In this document: in pieces, positions 38,383 through 52,224 of the stretch
How the letters are laid out: each line of letters opens with the position of its first letter
Numbering within the stretch: position 1 is the first letter of the stretch
DNA from: Mytilus trossulus
Lineage: Eukaryota
DNA length: 64,000 nt
Assembly: GCF_036588685.1 (NCBI RefSeq)
Contig: NC_086378.1
Coordinates: forward strand, 88,288,001-88,352,000
Direction: 5' to 3'
Position numbers and translations under genes: made by a program
The notes under the pieces: model-generated
The model's database searches: none
What the model was told of the DNA's origin: nothing
Seen by the model: only the letters and a program-made list of their open reading frames with translations

Positions 38383-41300
38383 ATGACGTTATTCCACTTT
38401 GGAAATTGTTTAGCGCTTGCTTATGTGCCTTATATGATTGTTTACAAGTTTTCAGGATTGTAAGTAAAACTAGCACAAAAGAAGTGTTGCAGTACAGCTG
38501 AGACTACTAATGTGTTCTAGTTGTCTCAGAGTACAGCCAGTATAAGGGGTCTCATTGGGGTGTTCTGACTCCAGATCAAGCTAACTTAGTTGTCAGATTC
38601 CTGTATCCCACTTACACAATGTATTGTAAGTAAGCAATAGACAACTTTCGAGTTCAATGCATTTCTAATCTTCAATCTTTGTCGTGATGACAGAGTATAC
38701 TCTCTTGTAAAATAAGATTTGCATTTCCCTCAAAAACTCTGGTTTTAGTGAACGTCATTTGTGTGTTTAGGGGCATCGTCACTCCCATTCTAATGTTGAG
38801 CGAGTGGTTGGAAACTATATTTCTGTATTGTACGAATTATTCCTCAAATTGAATTCTCAAAATTGACAATCAGCACTGCTTTCATTAGGGAATTTTCATT
38901 AAGAACCTACAGAACAACAATTATTTCTAGTTTATCCTGCACAATGGCGATCACGAAGACGCTTGATGAACGTTCATAGTGCAGGGATACAGGCGACTCC
39001 CTCTATCAGGTAAATGACGTCATAAAGGCACATATAATTGATGATTTTTTTCCAGTGAGGGATGAACTCGAAAGTGGTCTATTCTCATATTTTGGTAATT
39101 TCCTGAGTCCCGCTAGACTTCATTTACAATTTTTACAACACAATAATTTGTCTTTCACGTGTCACACTTACAAAAATCGTCAATCCTGCATCACGTCTAG
39201 GCGTTATGTATGTACATTCTTTACCTAAATTTTGTCTGTATAGTGTTTTTTCCAGGCTGATAATGAGGCTGTGGGGTTCACGCTGCGGCACCGCAGCGCC
39301 TTCATAATAATGCAGATCCTGCAGCATCTTAATTGGCCGTTTTCCCTTAATTCTTGATCCGGCAGTGTGTTAATTTTCACATTTTCATTTTGTATGTTGG
39401 TTAAAATTGTCAATTGCTGATCACCGCTGAGAGGTCTTTCAGTGTTACGCAATAACTGATAATTATTTTTACCTGAGCCTCTTATCTCAGCATTATCAGA
39501 CTATGTTATCATGTAAAAGCGTTAATGATCATCAAGATATTTAACAAATTATTAAAAACTTCAGTGCAGATATTGAAGAAATAGACAGCAAATACTTTAC
39601 ACATTGTCTGTAAGATCACTGGACCATTTAAATAACGAGTTTGTTCATTGGTCATGAAAAAGAATCTATTTAACAGTGTTTTCCATTCCGCATTCAAGCC
39701 TGGTCTGCCGACCACCTAAAAGGCTTTCCATTTAAGGAGGTGGTAAGCTTTTTTTTTCGGTTGCAAAACGTAAGAATTTAAATACATGTACTAATCGCGC
39801 CTCGCAGTTTGTTTTCATTGACAAAAATGGGGGATCGTCAAATTTCAATGTTTTCTTTTATAAATGGGGGGAATGGAAAGGCAGTTGACAATTGATAAGG
39901 AAAATTCTAAGCCATATAAGTCAACTAAAAAGGATAGTTGAATTGAAATTGTTGAAATAAAAAAAAAAGTAACTAAACAACAGAAAAGGCACACAGGCGA
40001 TCGCGAAGATAAACAGGTTGGGAACGATCCCAAAATGAGGGATATTCCTTAAATGAGGGACTGTCCATCAGGCAAGGGGTCATATTACTGTTTAAGAAAA
40101 AAAAGAAAAACTTAGATTTATTAGCATAAAAGGGGGGAAATCGTTTTATTTGGTACAACTTTTCTAAATGAGCGTCCATAATGATAAAAAGGCCAGAAAC
40201 AAATATGTCCTCATTTGTTTCTCTTTAAATGTACCCTACATAAAAGGGATAGTCATTACATGGAGAGGTAACCCCTCATCTGTTTCTCTTTAAATGTACC
40301 CCTCATTAAAGGGATAGTCATTACATTGAGAGATTACCCCTCATTTGAGGGTTGGTGATAAATATGAACAGGACTTTAAATGGATAATCGTCACAGAAGG
40401 ATATTACTGTTCTCTGTGCCAAAAATATAGCACTAAAGCGAGGAACATGACAGAAACTTCAATGGTTCTATAGGCCATGCATTAGCAGACTTCTTGGAGG
40501 AGGGAGTCCTGCGAAAGCCATTATGATCTGCTATCCCAGATGCACAAAACTAATTTGTCAAATCATTTAAAGAATTTAATGAAAGGCTAGCAGTGATAGC
40601 AGAAAAATGGTTCAATTCCATTAAATGTGAATACAATACTTATCCTTCTATTTGTGACCCCAACCCACAGTAAAACTGAAAAAAATAAACCCGCTTGAAA
40701 ATGTTAAAAAAAATCACCCGGTTGCCAAATCCAGCTAAGGTAATCTATGCCTGAGGTAAAAAAGCCTTAGTATTTAAAAAATTCTAAATTTTGTAAACAA
40801 ATAATTTATGAATATAACCATATCAATGATAATTCATGTCAGCACAAAAAGTGCTGACTACTGGGCTTGTGATACCCTTAGGTAAATAAATCTCCACCAG
40901 CAGTGGCATCGACCCAGTGGTAGTAAATAAACTCATCATAGATACCAGGACTAAATTTTGTATATAAGCCAGACACACGTTTCGTCTACAAAAGACTCAT
41001 CAGTCTTCAAATTGATAATAAAAATATCTTTATAATTAATTCCCCAACTTTTATTCAGAAAAATATAATGTTTTTTGGTATATACATGTACATCTAGAAA
41101 AATTTATCTAATAATAGACCACTTTCGAGTTCATCCGTCACCGGAAAAAACTCGTCAATTATACGCGCCTTTATCACCATCATTTGTGCGTTTAGGGGCG
41201 TCGTCACTTCCATTCAATGTTGAGCGAGTGGTTGTAAAACTATAATTCTATATTGTACGAATTATTCGGCAAATTGAATTCTCAAAATTGACAATCAACA

Positions 41301-44300
41301 CTGCTGTCATTAGGGAATTGTCAGTAAGTACCTACAGAGCAACCATTATTTCTAGTTTATCCTGCACAAAGACGATCACTAAGACGCTTGTTGAACGTAA
41401 ATAGTGCAGGGATACAGGCGACCCCCTCTATCTGGTAAATGACGTCATAAAGGCGTGCATAATTGAAGAGTTTTTGCCGGTGAAGGATGAACTCGATAGT
41501 GGTCTATTCAACTGGAATTTGAATAACAATTGGGTGTGAACTCAATTAGGGGGCGAGCGTGTGATGTGTGAATGTATAGGGTGTGAACTCAATTAGGGGG
41601 CGAGCGTGTGATGTGTGAATGTATAGGGTGCGAATGAGAAGTGATACCTTCACTCAAACCACATTCTTATCAAAGAACTATTTAAAATGAAATTGTTATT
41701 GTGCTCCTTCCTATACTTTTTTAAAACTGATAAATACATAATTTATATATGTCTCACCATCATGACAAACGAGACCAGACATTTCTTTCTTCCAGATAAA
41801 TTAGAAGTTATCAATTTTGAGTTCGCTAGAAGATTTTATAAAAATAATAAAAAAAAATCTACTGTGTATCATTTTGTAATATTCCTTTACTTGCATTTTT
41901 TGTTGTCCCATGATGTTAAAAAAAAAAAAAAAATATTTTGAAAATGGATCTATTTATTCTCTTAAAGTCTGTTTGTTATTTAAAAAATAATAAAACACTT
42001 TTAAATGATATTTTACAAAATATTAATCCATGAAATAGTGTCTCAATGCATCTGGATGATCTCCCTTTAACCAGTGACAGTCAAATTCAAAATTGTCTAT
42101 CTATCAAAAAGACCAAATTTCATATTGAAAATTGTCCTACTCAATTAACAGTTATTTACGAAAAATAATTGTACGTCAAACATATTGACATAGAAGCACT
42201 CTACTTTTAGCGCAGTGAATATACTTTTTCAGTAGGTGAATGTGCTTTTATTCAAATTTTTTAAATTTTACGTCTTTAATTTATGTTGTGGTAATTTGAT
42301 CTTTATAAAAACACACAAATGTGTAAGCTCTATTAAGAATAACCCCATGCCAAATATTGTTGCACATGGAATTTTTATCACATATTATTATTGTTATCCT
42401 CATTTTGCATGTTTTGATCACATTAGGGATACTACAAATGTGCCTCAATGAAAATTTTCTCAGAATTATAAGGATGTTCCTGTATAAAAGAACACTGAAA
42501 CATGCTGAACAAAATATATACTGAAGTATTTACACATCCTACTTTCAAATTTTCAGATCTTTATTTCCATGTGCAGGTGGTAGTATATATATAAAAAAAT
42601 ACCAATTTTTGTACACATATTCAAATGCCTATTTTATGTTCATTTCAGAGCCGAATATGGAGCATTCTGGAAGTGTGTACAGGCTGGAGGAACCTACCTG
42701 TTTACACAGTTATGCAAGATGTTAATTTTGGCGACATTTTTCCCTGCCACTGAAGTATCAACAGGCTTGGATGTTGTTGGGGTAAGTACAACTTTGACAG
42801 AATATTCCAGGACGTTGTTTGAATTAAGTAGTACATCCACAAAAGTATTGACAGGACTAAGTATAAGAGAAACAGTCACAGTACATGTATCTCTACATGC
42901 TTGTATGTTGTATGAACCTGACTGATACATTTCACAAGCACAAAGAATTTTAGATATAGCACTTTTTACTGTGAAAGAAATAATTTCTTCTTGGCTGAAA
43001 CTAAAGTATTTAGATTTCATGGTCTTCTCTAATAATGGAATTTAGTGCATTTTTATGTACCAAACAAAATTAAAAAAAAATTGTGTTAATTATGGAACCA
43101 GAAATTTAAAACACCACACAATTTAAGTACTTACTATCACAGTATGTGTTCCTTCTCTTTAAAAAAGGGAACACTGCTTTCTCTTATTCTTTATACTGTG
43201 GATTCATTTATTTTTCAGGGATTAAAAAAAATTGCATGATCTTGAATACTTAATTTCATGGTTTTTATACCACAGTCTACATACAATCCTATTCATTGAA
43301 CCTTGATTTCGTGGTTCACCTGTATCCATGAAATACACAAAAATTAGGATCCAAATAATAATAAATCAACAGTAATTAGTCGATTTTTTGTTGATTTTGT
43401 ATGTATTGGTGAACTTATGCAATGGTCAAATCTATATTCAGCTTTCTCAGATCATCTATCAAACTTTGTCATCTTATAATTTTTTTCCCTGAAAACCTAC
43501 ACATTATCCATGCATTATTTGTGAAAGTTATTTTGTTTGAAATTTTGTTAAATTACACATTGTTACAGTACAGATGAATAATATAAAAAAGAAGATGTGA
43601 TATGATTGCCAATGAGACAACTATCCACAAAAGACCAAAATGACACAAACATAAACAATTATAGGTCACCGTACGGCCTTCAACAATGAGCAAATCCCAT
43701 ACCACATAGTCAGCTATAAAAGGCCCAGATAAGACAATGTAAAACAATTCAAACAAGAAAACTATGTTCTCTGCAAAATGTGTATATGTACAAAACAAGG
43801 CCTTTTTAAAGTATTTACCAAGCATAATTTTACAGTTCAACTCATTCCTTTATTCCACACTTGATCACATACTGGGTGTGTTTGGATATCTATAGGTAAC
43901 ATATAGACAGAAAATAAGTAAACCTTGGTTAAAATGTAGACAATCCACGGGCTACCCATAGGTTTTGCTTTAGAACATGTTGGTACCTATGGTTTGCAAA
44001 GCAATTCCAAAAGATTTTTTATCACCTGTGGCTATTAAAATTAAATTTAATGATGAATTTGACTCAAATGGAACTCAATGTCATGGCATAACTCTCTACC
44101 ATTCATATGAAAAATGCACAGCAGATATTGTTTTTTTTGACAACAAAAACAATTTACCGTATAAGTACACAAACAACACATAGAAAATTAAAGACTAAGC
44201 AACCCAACCCCCACCAAAAACTGGAGATGATCTTAAGTGCTCCGAAAGGGAAAGCAGATCCTGTTCAACATGTGCCACCCATTGTGCAGTTCATATTAGT

Positions 44301-47300
44301 GTAAACCCAGTATTAAGACTAATTGGGTAAGTTTCTACCATGTTTGTGACTAATAATTTCATTTAACCATACTCTTAAATATGGGTAGGAATGGCAACCT
44401 ATAGTAAGTAAATGAAAAAAAACTGTGGGTAAACCCTAGGCACAAAAGGTCATCCATGGTCAGATTTATTTCTCGAAATAACTAACCATAGGTACCTAGA
44501 GCTACATATAGGTAACCATAGAACGCATTTGGCGTATATCCAAACACACCCATATATATTGCAGTATCAATCTTATATGATATGTACATATAAGGTGATA
44601 TCTTAATCATTATATTAAATATCTTTGTGAAATGTCTTCTAAATCTTAAGATTATTTTTTTCTGTAGGAATTCATGAAGTCAACAGTAGATTTTGCAGAC
44701 TTAGTTGGTATATATTTTGTAATGTCTAAAATAGCAGGAAAAGGACAGCTTAAATTTATGGTGGCAGGTCTGGGATGGGCAACGGCAGAACTCTTAGTTA
44801 CAAGGTAATAAGAAAAAATTGTTAAGTTGAGCACCTGCAGAACTCTTGATAATAAGAAAACAATGTACATGTACATAATGTTCTTAAAAAGGGGGTGTTT
44901 ACAGACAAGCTTTATAATCATAAAATTTCTTAGTCATGATATTTACAAAGATGAATGCTTCAAGCATATTTTTTTTACAATTTAAAAAAAATTGAAATAT
45001 ACATTCTCCTTTTCAATGTAGTTCTTCATATTTTTACTTTTTAACTGGATTTTTGTGACAAAAATGTCCGTTATTGATTTGGGGATGTACGGCAGGCAGG
45101 CGGGCTGGCGACAATCAAATGTTGTCCGTGCATTAACTCATGAACCGTTCAACCAAAGCTTTTAAAATTTTAATATGCTGTTACTGACAATTCAATGAAG
45201 GTCAAGTTCAATAATGGCCATTTTCACTTTTATTGTTCAGGAGTTATGGTTCTTGAAAGATTGAAAAATGGAGTTTCTAGTCTTGTCCGTGCATTTACGC
45301 ATGAACTGTCCTACCAAAGCTTCCCAAAATTTAATATATTGTTACTAATAACAAAATGGACGTCATGTTTAATAATGACGATTTTGACTTTTACTGTTCA
45401 GGAGTTATGCTTCTTAAAAGATTGAAAAATGGTGTTTCCAGTCGTGTCTGTGCATTTTCTCATGAACCATTTAACCAAAGCTTTTGAAATTTTTATATGT
45501 TGTTACAGATGACAAAATAGAGGTCAAGTTTAATAATGATGATTTTGACTTTTACCGTTCAGGAGTTATGGTTCTTGAAAGATCGTAAAATGGCGTTTCC
45601 ATTAACGTTGTTGCATTTACTCATGAACCATTCAATCTAATCTTTTCAAATTTTAATATGTTGATACTGACTAAAAAATGGAGTTCAAATTTGATATTGA
45701 CGATTTTCACTTTCACCATTCATCAGTAATGGTTCTTGTGATATTGCCAGAACACAAATAAATGTTATTAAATCCGTTTTGCTGTCATTGTGACAGCCTC
45801 TTGTTTTGTATATCCCCTGCTGCCAAAAACTTTTTATATATAAAGGCATCACCATATCTGTCTATCCACACATGTTTGTGCACACAATCACCCCTAGTAA
45901 ACAGCTGGTCAGATGTTGAGGAAACTTTACACAGTTGTAGAAAACTACCTTATGATGTGCCAAAAGGAATATTATCTTGGTCTAAACATGTTAAAGGGGA
46001 GATAATCCTGGTCTAACATGTTAAAGGGGAGATAATCCTGGTCTTACATGTTAAAGGGGAGATAATCCTGGTCTAACATGTTAAAGGGGAGATAATAAGA
46101 TTCATATCTGTAATATTTTTTGAAGCGCTTAAAAAAAATTGTGGCATATTTCATTTTGTGTATCACATTTTAATCAAAAATAGTATTTCCCCGAAAAGGT
46201 AATTACATTATAAACATATTTCAGAATATTACCTTTATGGGTTGGTGCCAGAGGAGTAGAGTTTGACTGGAAATATATACAGATGTGTTTTGAATCTAAT
46301 ATTAATTTGGTAAGTATGGAAAGTCTTGCTCACATAGATTTTGATACGTGGTGCATAGCAGGGCATAAAAAAATATATATATATCTTGTTGCATTTAAGC
46401 ACTTAAAAAAGTCTGAACTTGACCTGATCTTTATGGTTCAATGGTCAACATTAACTTGATAAAGGTTTCGTAATTAGATATGTTTCTCAGATGCTATAAG
46501 CAATAGGCTAATTATATTTGGTGAATAGTATGATTGTAAGTTGTAAATGTCTGTCTTGGTTATACTTGAAAATATTAAGCTGATATTGGATAACTTAGTA
46601 TAAAACATAATGATGACCTATGCATCACAATTATGTAAGCTCCTTTTAATTTTTTATAAAATTCTGATATGACATAAAGAGGTAATGGAAATTCTTTTTT
46701 TGAAATTGCGATGGGCATATCATGCTCTCATGATGCAGCTTTTTATTTGCATTTTGTTCTGGTTCACTCGGGTTGATGAACTTGCTGCAAAAGAGGCAGG
46801 GACATTTTTGTTGTACTAGAATGTCTAGCTTACATAAGGATTAAAAGCTTTAAGAAAACTGACAATAATTGCTCTCTTCTTTCCCAAAGATTTTTACTTT
46901 TTACAGTACTTGTATTTCTAAACATTGTTAATAATAAATACATAATTTATCTACAGGGACATCATATGTGTTTGGCTATGTTAGTATGGTTATACAGTAG
47001 AAATGACCTTCAAAAGACATATGTTCCTATAGTGATGACCTTGTTAGCACTAAGTTGCTACAGACCACTTATTGTAGAGTAAGTATTCTAAATGGTTCAA
47101 TGGGATGACGTATTAAAGATAAGCTTTTATTGCAAAGTGTAAAATTACAAAATATAAAATCCAGAAATACATCAATAACCTGAACTCAATTGAATGACCA
47201 AAATATTTTCTGAACATATTTTTTTCAAGCCTTATAAAATCCCAAGTTGTTTGGCAAATATGAATCTTTCCAGACCAGATGAATTCATTTATTTCCGTGG

Positions 47301-49845
47301 GTTCCAACTTTCGTGAATTAAGGACAATTTAGAATTTTTTGAAATACTAAGGCTTTTATACCTCAGGCATAGATTACCTTAGCTGAATTTGGCAACACTT
47401 TTAGGAATTTTGGTCCTCAAAGCTCTTCAACTTCATACTTTATTTGGCCTTTTTAACTTTTTGGAATCAAGCGTCACTGATGAGTCTTATGTAGACAAAA
47501 CGCGGGTCTGACATACATCAGGGTTTTAGCTAGGATTTTGAGGGCTTTAGTCACTTTTGCGCGTGATAAAAATCAGCCTTATTTTTTTATAAAGCAAGGG
47601 ATCTAGGATGTTTATCAAACTAGCTATACATATATGTCCAAGTCCTTCAAGGACTAGTCTAGGATCTTTGAAGACTTTAGGATTACTAATGTAGGCAGTT
47701 ATTGGCCATATTGAATGAATTGACTGATGTGATGCTAAGATATGAAGATCAGAACAGGAATCTGGTAATATGGTCAAAACTTCACTTCAGTTATTTTCAG
47801 GGCACACCCCTTATCAACAAAAGTTGGGTGCCTTTTTTTTTTATCCACTGCACAAATGAACTTGTAACGACTTTTTCACTTCACAATCAATTATATCCTT
47901 GAAAATACGTTTTGATATCTATTTGGAATCAATTTCTTTAATATTGGATAGCAGGATCTGCATCTATACTTAATGTGACGATTCTAATGACTGTAGACTG
48001 TAGATCACGTTTACTTTCGATCTTAAAACGAAATGAAATGAAAACGGGAAGTGACAATTGATTAATAATTTCAGAATAAAACCGGATTCATCTACGAACT
48101 TTTACGCATGCGCAATGCATAGAACAGGAAGCACCTGTTTGCAAGTGAAAATATTTTCGTTTTGAATAAAGTTCATTCTTTTTAAACGAAGTTGTCGAAA
48201 GTTTTTGATGAATATTTATATGAAGTATGACGAAAATACGTTGAAATGACGAAACTACGACAAGAAAACTGCAAATTATGATCGTAAGGGAAATATTGAA
48301 ATTAAAATAAAGTTGAAATGTCCGGGAAGTTTATCAATTTTGTTCAAATGACGAAAATACGACTGAACTGTGAGAAATGATTTAAATGAAATGCTGACTG
48401 ACTGATTTATCTTAAATAGATTATCATGATGGTCATTTATGAGGTTTTATAATGATAATTAAGGGATTAGTGACCCTTCTGATTGGCGATAAGCGGATTA
48501 CTTGTCATCACAACTTTTAACACCTTTGGTTAACGTTAATTACCTGAGGGTCATAAACTTGTCACAAACATAAAGACAGGTAGAATGATCACTTTCCAAA
48601 TTTAAGTGACGAAATTGATATGAAATATTTTCGTCATTTCGAAAACCTTTTCGTAAAATACGAAAGTGACGAGCGCTAGCTAAATCACTGCATACATACA
48701 AATTTTAGTTCTGATATCTATGATGAGTTTATTTACATGTTCGTGGATATATAATTTTGTGGATTTGCTGAAGTATGCTTACAAGCCTATAGGAAATTTT
48801 CTATTCTATGAACATTTTATTGCGTGGTTCCCATATACCCACAAAATCCAATGAAAATTGGTATCCATTGAATAATAGTGAATCTACAGTATTTGAGATA
48901 TATGTTATAAATATCACAACAAAAATTTATTAGGAAAAAAATCATGTCCTTAGGTCTTCCTTTAATTTATCCTTGCAAAACATTTTATTTTTGTACAGTT
49001 GTTATATTAGAAAATATTTGACTGTGGTCCAAGTGTTTGTTGAATATAACAACTGATCAGTGATTTGGAAGTTGTCCAAAACATTGTAGGAAATTAGAAT
49101 GAGATTTAGGACAGATACTTAACTAACGTGTATGGATCTATCAACGGTAGCCAGATACCTGTTTTTGTTTACTACATGTAATGATACATGTATGTGTATA
49201 TGTTCAGGTGTTTTGATTGGCTGATGAAATAAGGACAAGACCACGGATATAAGATTTGAATTTCCTTCACCTCTTAATCAAGCTGATCCTTTACCTTACA
49301 ACTTAGAATTGTTTGTTTACTTTATAACACAATTCAGGAAATCATGCTGTATGTTTGTTTGAGTCTCCAGCTAATGAGATCATTATCATTATAAATTGGC
49401 AGCTGGTTTAAGGAAGTGATATACCATCTTCCTATTAAGACTACTAAGTGGTATTGTAATTCAGAACATAGATATATGTTTTTTTCTCATGTTTTTCACA
49501 CTAAGGTTCACTGTTGTTTTTTGTTTTTTTTATCAATTTATGCAATAGGAAGTTAGAAGCAACAAAAACAACTTGCCTTGTAAATCTTGTTTGTATGTTG
49601 AACTTTCATAATTACATTCATGTATGTGGCTCAATTACAATGATACATACATTTGATAATTTCTATATTTTCAGTATACAATGATATGATGCATGTTTTT
49701 ATTTTTCAGAATTTTAATCCATGCAGTTGGCCTAGGATCATGGACATTATTAGCAGCCAAAGCTTTATTTACAACAACAGTTGGGGTGATTGGACTTCAG
49801 ATATTCCTAACAATGACTGTACAGACATCTAATAACCATTACTAA
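38383..49845 (+). CDS. TMEM147: Transmembrane protein 147 (BOS complex subunit, ER multipass translocon), 229 aa
   Basis: Exons 38383-38459, 42649-42781, 44668-44804, 46225-46309, 46957-47078, 49710-49845 (GT-AG, phases consistent, 690 nt). [14 protein letters not shown]...[13 protein letters not shown]...[14 protein letters not shown]...[19 protein letters not shown]. Confidence 0.97.
38639..39080. mobile_element. MITE with AT flanks, copy 1 (left subterminal region diverged)
   Basis: TIR agac(a/c)actttcgagttca / tgaactcgaaagtggtct; the body aligns with 41116-41505. Confidence 0.8.
40721..41004 (-). ncRNA. Retrozyme-like repeat beginning with a type I minimal hammerhead ribozyme (41004-40966)
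   Basis: Minus strand: A CTGATGA GTCT TTTGT AGAC GAAA CGTGTG TC^TGGCT. The catalytic core boxes are intact; the stem I 5' strand is truncated. Confidence 0.7.
41116..41505. mobile_element. MITE with AT flanks, copy 2 (390 bp, long imperfect TIRs)
   Basis: agaccactttcgagttcatcc.tcaccgg / ccggtgaaggatgaactcgatagtggtct. Confidence 0.88.
41533..41630. repeat. Two-copy ~46-bp tandem duplication
   Basis: gggtgtgaactcaattagggggcgagcgtgtgatgtgtgaatgtata x2. Confidence 0.8.
45040..45808 (+). mobile_element. HINE-like element with ~4 internal ~160-bp tandem repeats, in TMEM147 intron 3
   Basis: aactggattt...aaatccgtt subTIRs, (GGCA/GGCG)n microsatellite, repeat anchors at ~45181, 45341, 45502 and 45664, and a 3' hairpin gctgtca..tgacagc before a T-run. 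Confidence 0.75.
45984..46096. repeat. 30-bp tandem repeat (~3.7 copies)
   Basis: aacatgttaaaggggagataatcctggtct. Confidence 0.9.
47326..47518 (+). ncRNA. Retrozyme-like repeat ending in a hammerhead motif (47471-47512, G12>A); resumes at 48698-48737 after an insertion
   Basis: GCGTCA CTGATGA GTCT TATGT AGAC aAAA CGCGGG TC^TGAC. Stem I GTCA/TGAC and stem II GTCT/AGAC. The body matches the 40721-41004 copy. Confidence 0.7.
47519..48690. mobile_element. 1.17-kb non-autonomous DNA transposon with CAG termini and a 7-bp TSD
   Basis: TIR cagggttttagctag / ctagctaaatcactg; TSD catacat at 47512-47518 and 48691-48697; repeated subterminal tgacgaaa motifs. Confidence 0.8.
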
Positions 49846-49880
49846 TGAGATTAACACCTTGTATATGGAGTGCCTAGAAC

Positions 49881-49997
49881 AACTGGAGTCGGTTTCACCA
49901 AAAAACTTACGATTAAGGTTAATAATAAGTCATGAACAATTCAGAATATTTAGGATAAATCTTAGTTGTACGTATTTTGGTGAAATTAACTCCTGGT
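49881..49997. mobile_element. Decayed palindromic MITE in the TMEM147 3' UTR
   Basis: ~37-bp imperfect arms aactggagtcggtttcaccaaaa... / ...ttttggtgaaattaactcctggt. Confidence 0.55.
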
Positions 49998-52224
49998 CTT
50001 AAACAATAGACCAAAACTATAAACACACCCTATTACTGGTTATCGGTATTGGAGATTTAACACAGTATAAAATCAGCTATACCCTGTTGCAAAATCCATT
50101 GTATTGCAATGGCAGTCAGAAAAGCAAACATGAATCTGCTGTACATAATAGTATGAATAATTGTAGTAAATACAAAGGAAAAATTGCAACATCTGTTTTT
50201 CATATGATTAGGCACGATATAAAAACATGTTTTTGAACATATGAAAACATGGAAAACACATATGAAAACATCATAACACATATGTTACAATTTTTCCTAT
50301 GTAGCAATGGGAACACATATCCTATTATATCTGCCATACCAATGGACAGTAATACGGTTGGGTAGTAAATGTGTTATCCTATTTTCTTATGAACGTTTTT
50401 ATTTTGATTTGTCAGTCTGGTAGTTTTATTAAATTGACAATTGCTGAACCTTATTAAATGGTCTTGTAAAACTATGGTCGGGAGAAATCTAGAATATTGT
50501 TTGAAATAAGCTGTTTTACCTGACCAATATCAATCTCGGTATTTAATCATTGTTAAAATAGCTCTAGATGACCATACATGATTGTGTAAATGTTAGAGAG
50601 ATAGTGACTTAGTGTTGCAGTATAAATGAAGAATTCAGATTTTAGTTTTTTAGGAAATGTGCTTTTCACTAAACATTCTAAAGTATCCTAAGTTCTGTTG
50701 TGTGTGATATATTTTATCTATTGTTTTTATTGTAAATCATTTTATATATAAACTTTTCGTTGATGAATGAAATTTCATACTACAATCATGTCATCATAAA
50801 GTATATTGTACCGTTAATTTAGGTAGTGGTGCTTGCATTTATTGTGTCGCCTGGCTGCATCCATATCACACTGTTTATTTATAACTTTGTAAAAACAACT
50901 GGACAGTATTTAATCAAACATGCTCAGATTATTCTGCTAGGCATGAAGTTTTGCACAGCCTATTTTGCTTTTGAACTGAGTGATCTTTTGGGGTTTCACA
51001 TACTAAAACAGGAAATTAATCATTTTTGCTTGTATTATCTGTCCAGCAGCACACATCTTCATGGAACACTCATGCATTTTTGACACTTAATACTGCATAT
51101 TTTATTACATTATGTTACATATTTGAAATATTAAAATAAATAGGAAGAAAAGTGAACTTGACCTGAATTTACAAATTATATTTTATTCTAAATGGAGTTC
51201 ACACACTCAGTAGTTATGGTGATTCTGTTCAGATAATGATTTATAAATCTTTATACAAACCAAATATAGGAAAATATTTAGCTTCACTTCTCCCTTCCTC
51301 AATATTCTGTAAATTATTATTTTAAAACACTGCCATTCCCATGATATTGTTTCAAAAATTTTAAATCATTTCATTTATATTTGACATTTAGTGTTACACT
51401 TGGTTTGCCTGGTCTGTGAACATGTAAAATCTTTGTCCTTTTTCACTACAACTAGTGAATAATTTGTTTGTATAGCTATGTTATTTAAAGAAAATAATGT
51501 GTCACTTATGTTAGAAATTGTGCATTTATATATAGTATTGTATTCTATTCAGAATAAAAATTAAGAATTTTAACATTTTTATTCATTTTTGTCAAGCCTG
51601 CAGAAAGCTTGACACAGGGAAAGTGATCCAGCAGCAGCGTAAGCTAACTTCTTAAAAGCTTTATATGTTCAATGAATAAAAAAATTTCTATAGGCTTGTA
51701 TGTAGACTTATGCAAAACCATAAAATTAAATATCTATGAACATGTAAGTTTTCCTTAATCCACGAAAATTGGTACCCACTAAAATAAATGAATCCACAGT
51801 ATATGCAGTAGGTCAACTGTATTTGGTGTATGGAAATATTTTATGATCTATATGCCATTCCCACAGGTTTTATTTGACCTTGACCTCATTTTTACAGTTC
51901 ATTGCTCATTGTAAAGATTTGGTGTTTTGGTCAGATTTTATTAAACAATAAGCTAAAGGTCAACTGTATTAGATGTATGGAAGAATTGTAAGCTGTACAT
52001 GTCTGCCTGGCATGGTTTTTCTGACCTTTACCTTATTTTCATGGGTTATTGGTTCATGTTTAGTCTTCTGGTAAAGTCTTGTTTTTTAGAAACCATAAGC
52101 AATAGGTCAACTATATTTAGTGTATTTAATCATGATTATAAGGTGTACATGTATTTCTTGTCTGGTTTATATGACATTGACCTCATTTTCTTGGATCATG
52201 TTTAAGTTAATGTTATACTTACAT

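Noticed and set aside
39130-40620. GC-richer patches and short ORFs in TMEM147 intron 1
   Set aside because: No recognisable protein motif, termini or TSD; probably decayed repeats and cannot be assigned by eye.
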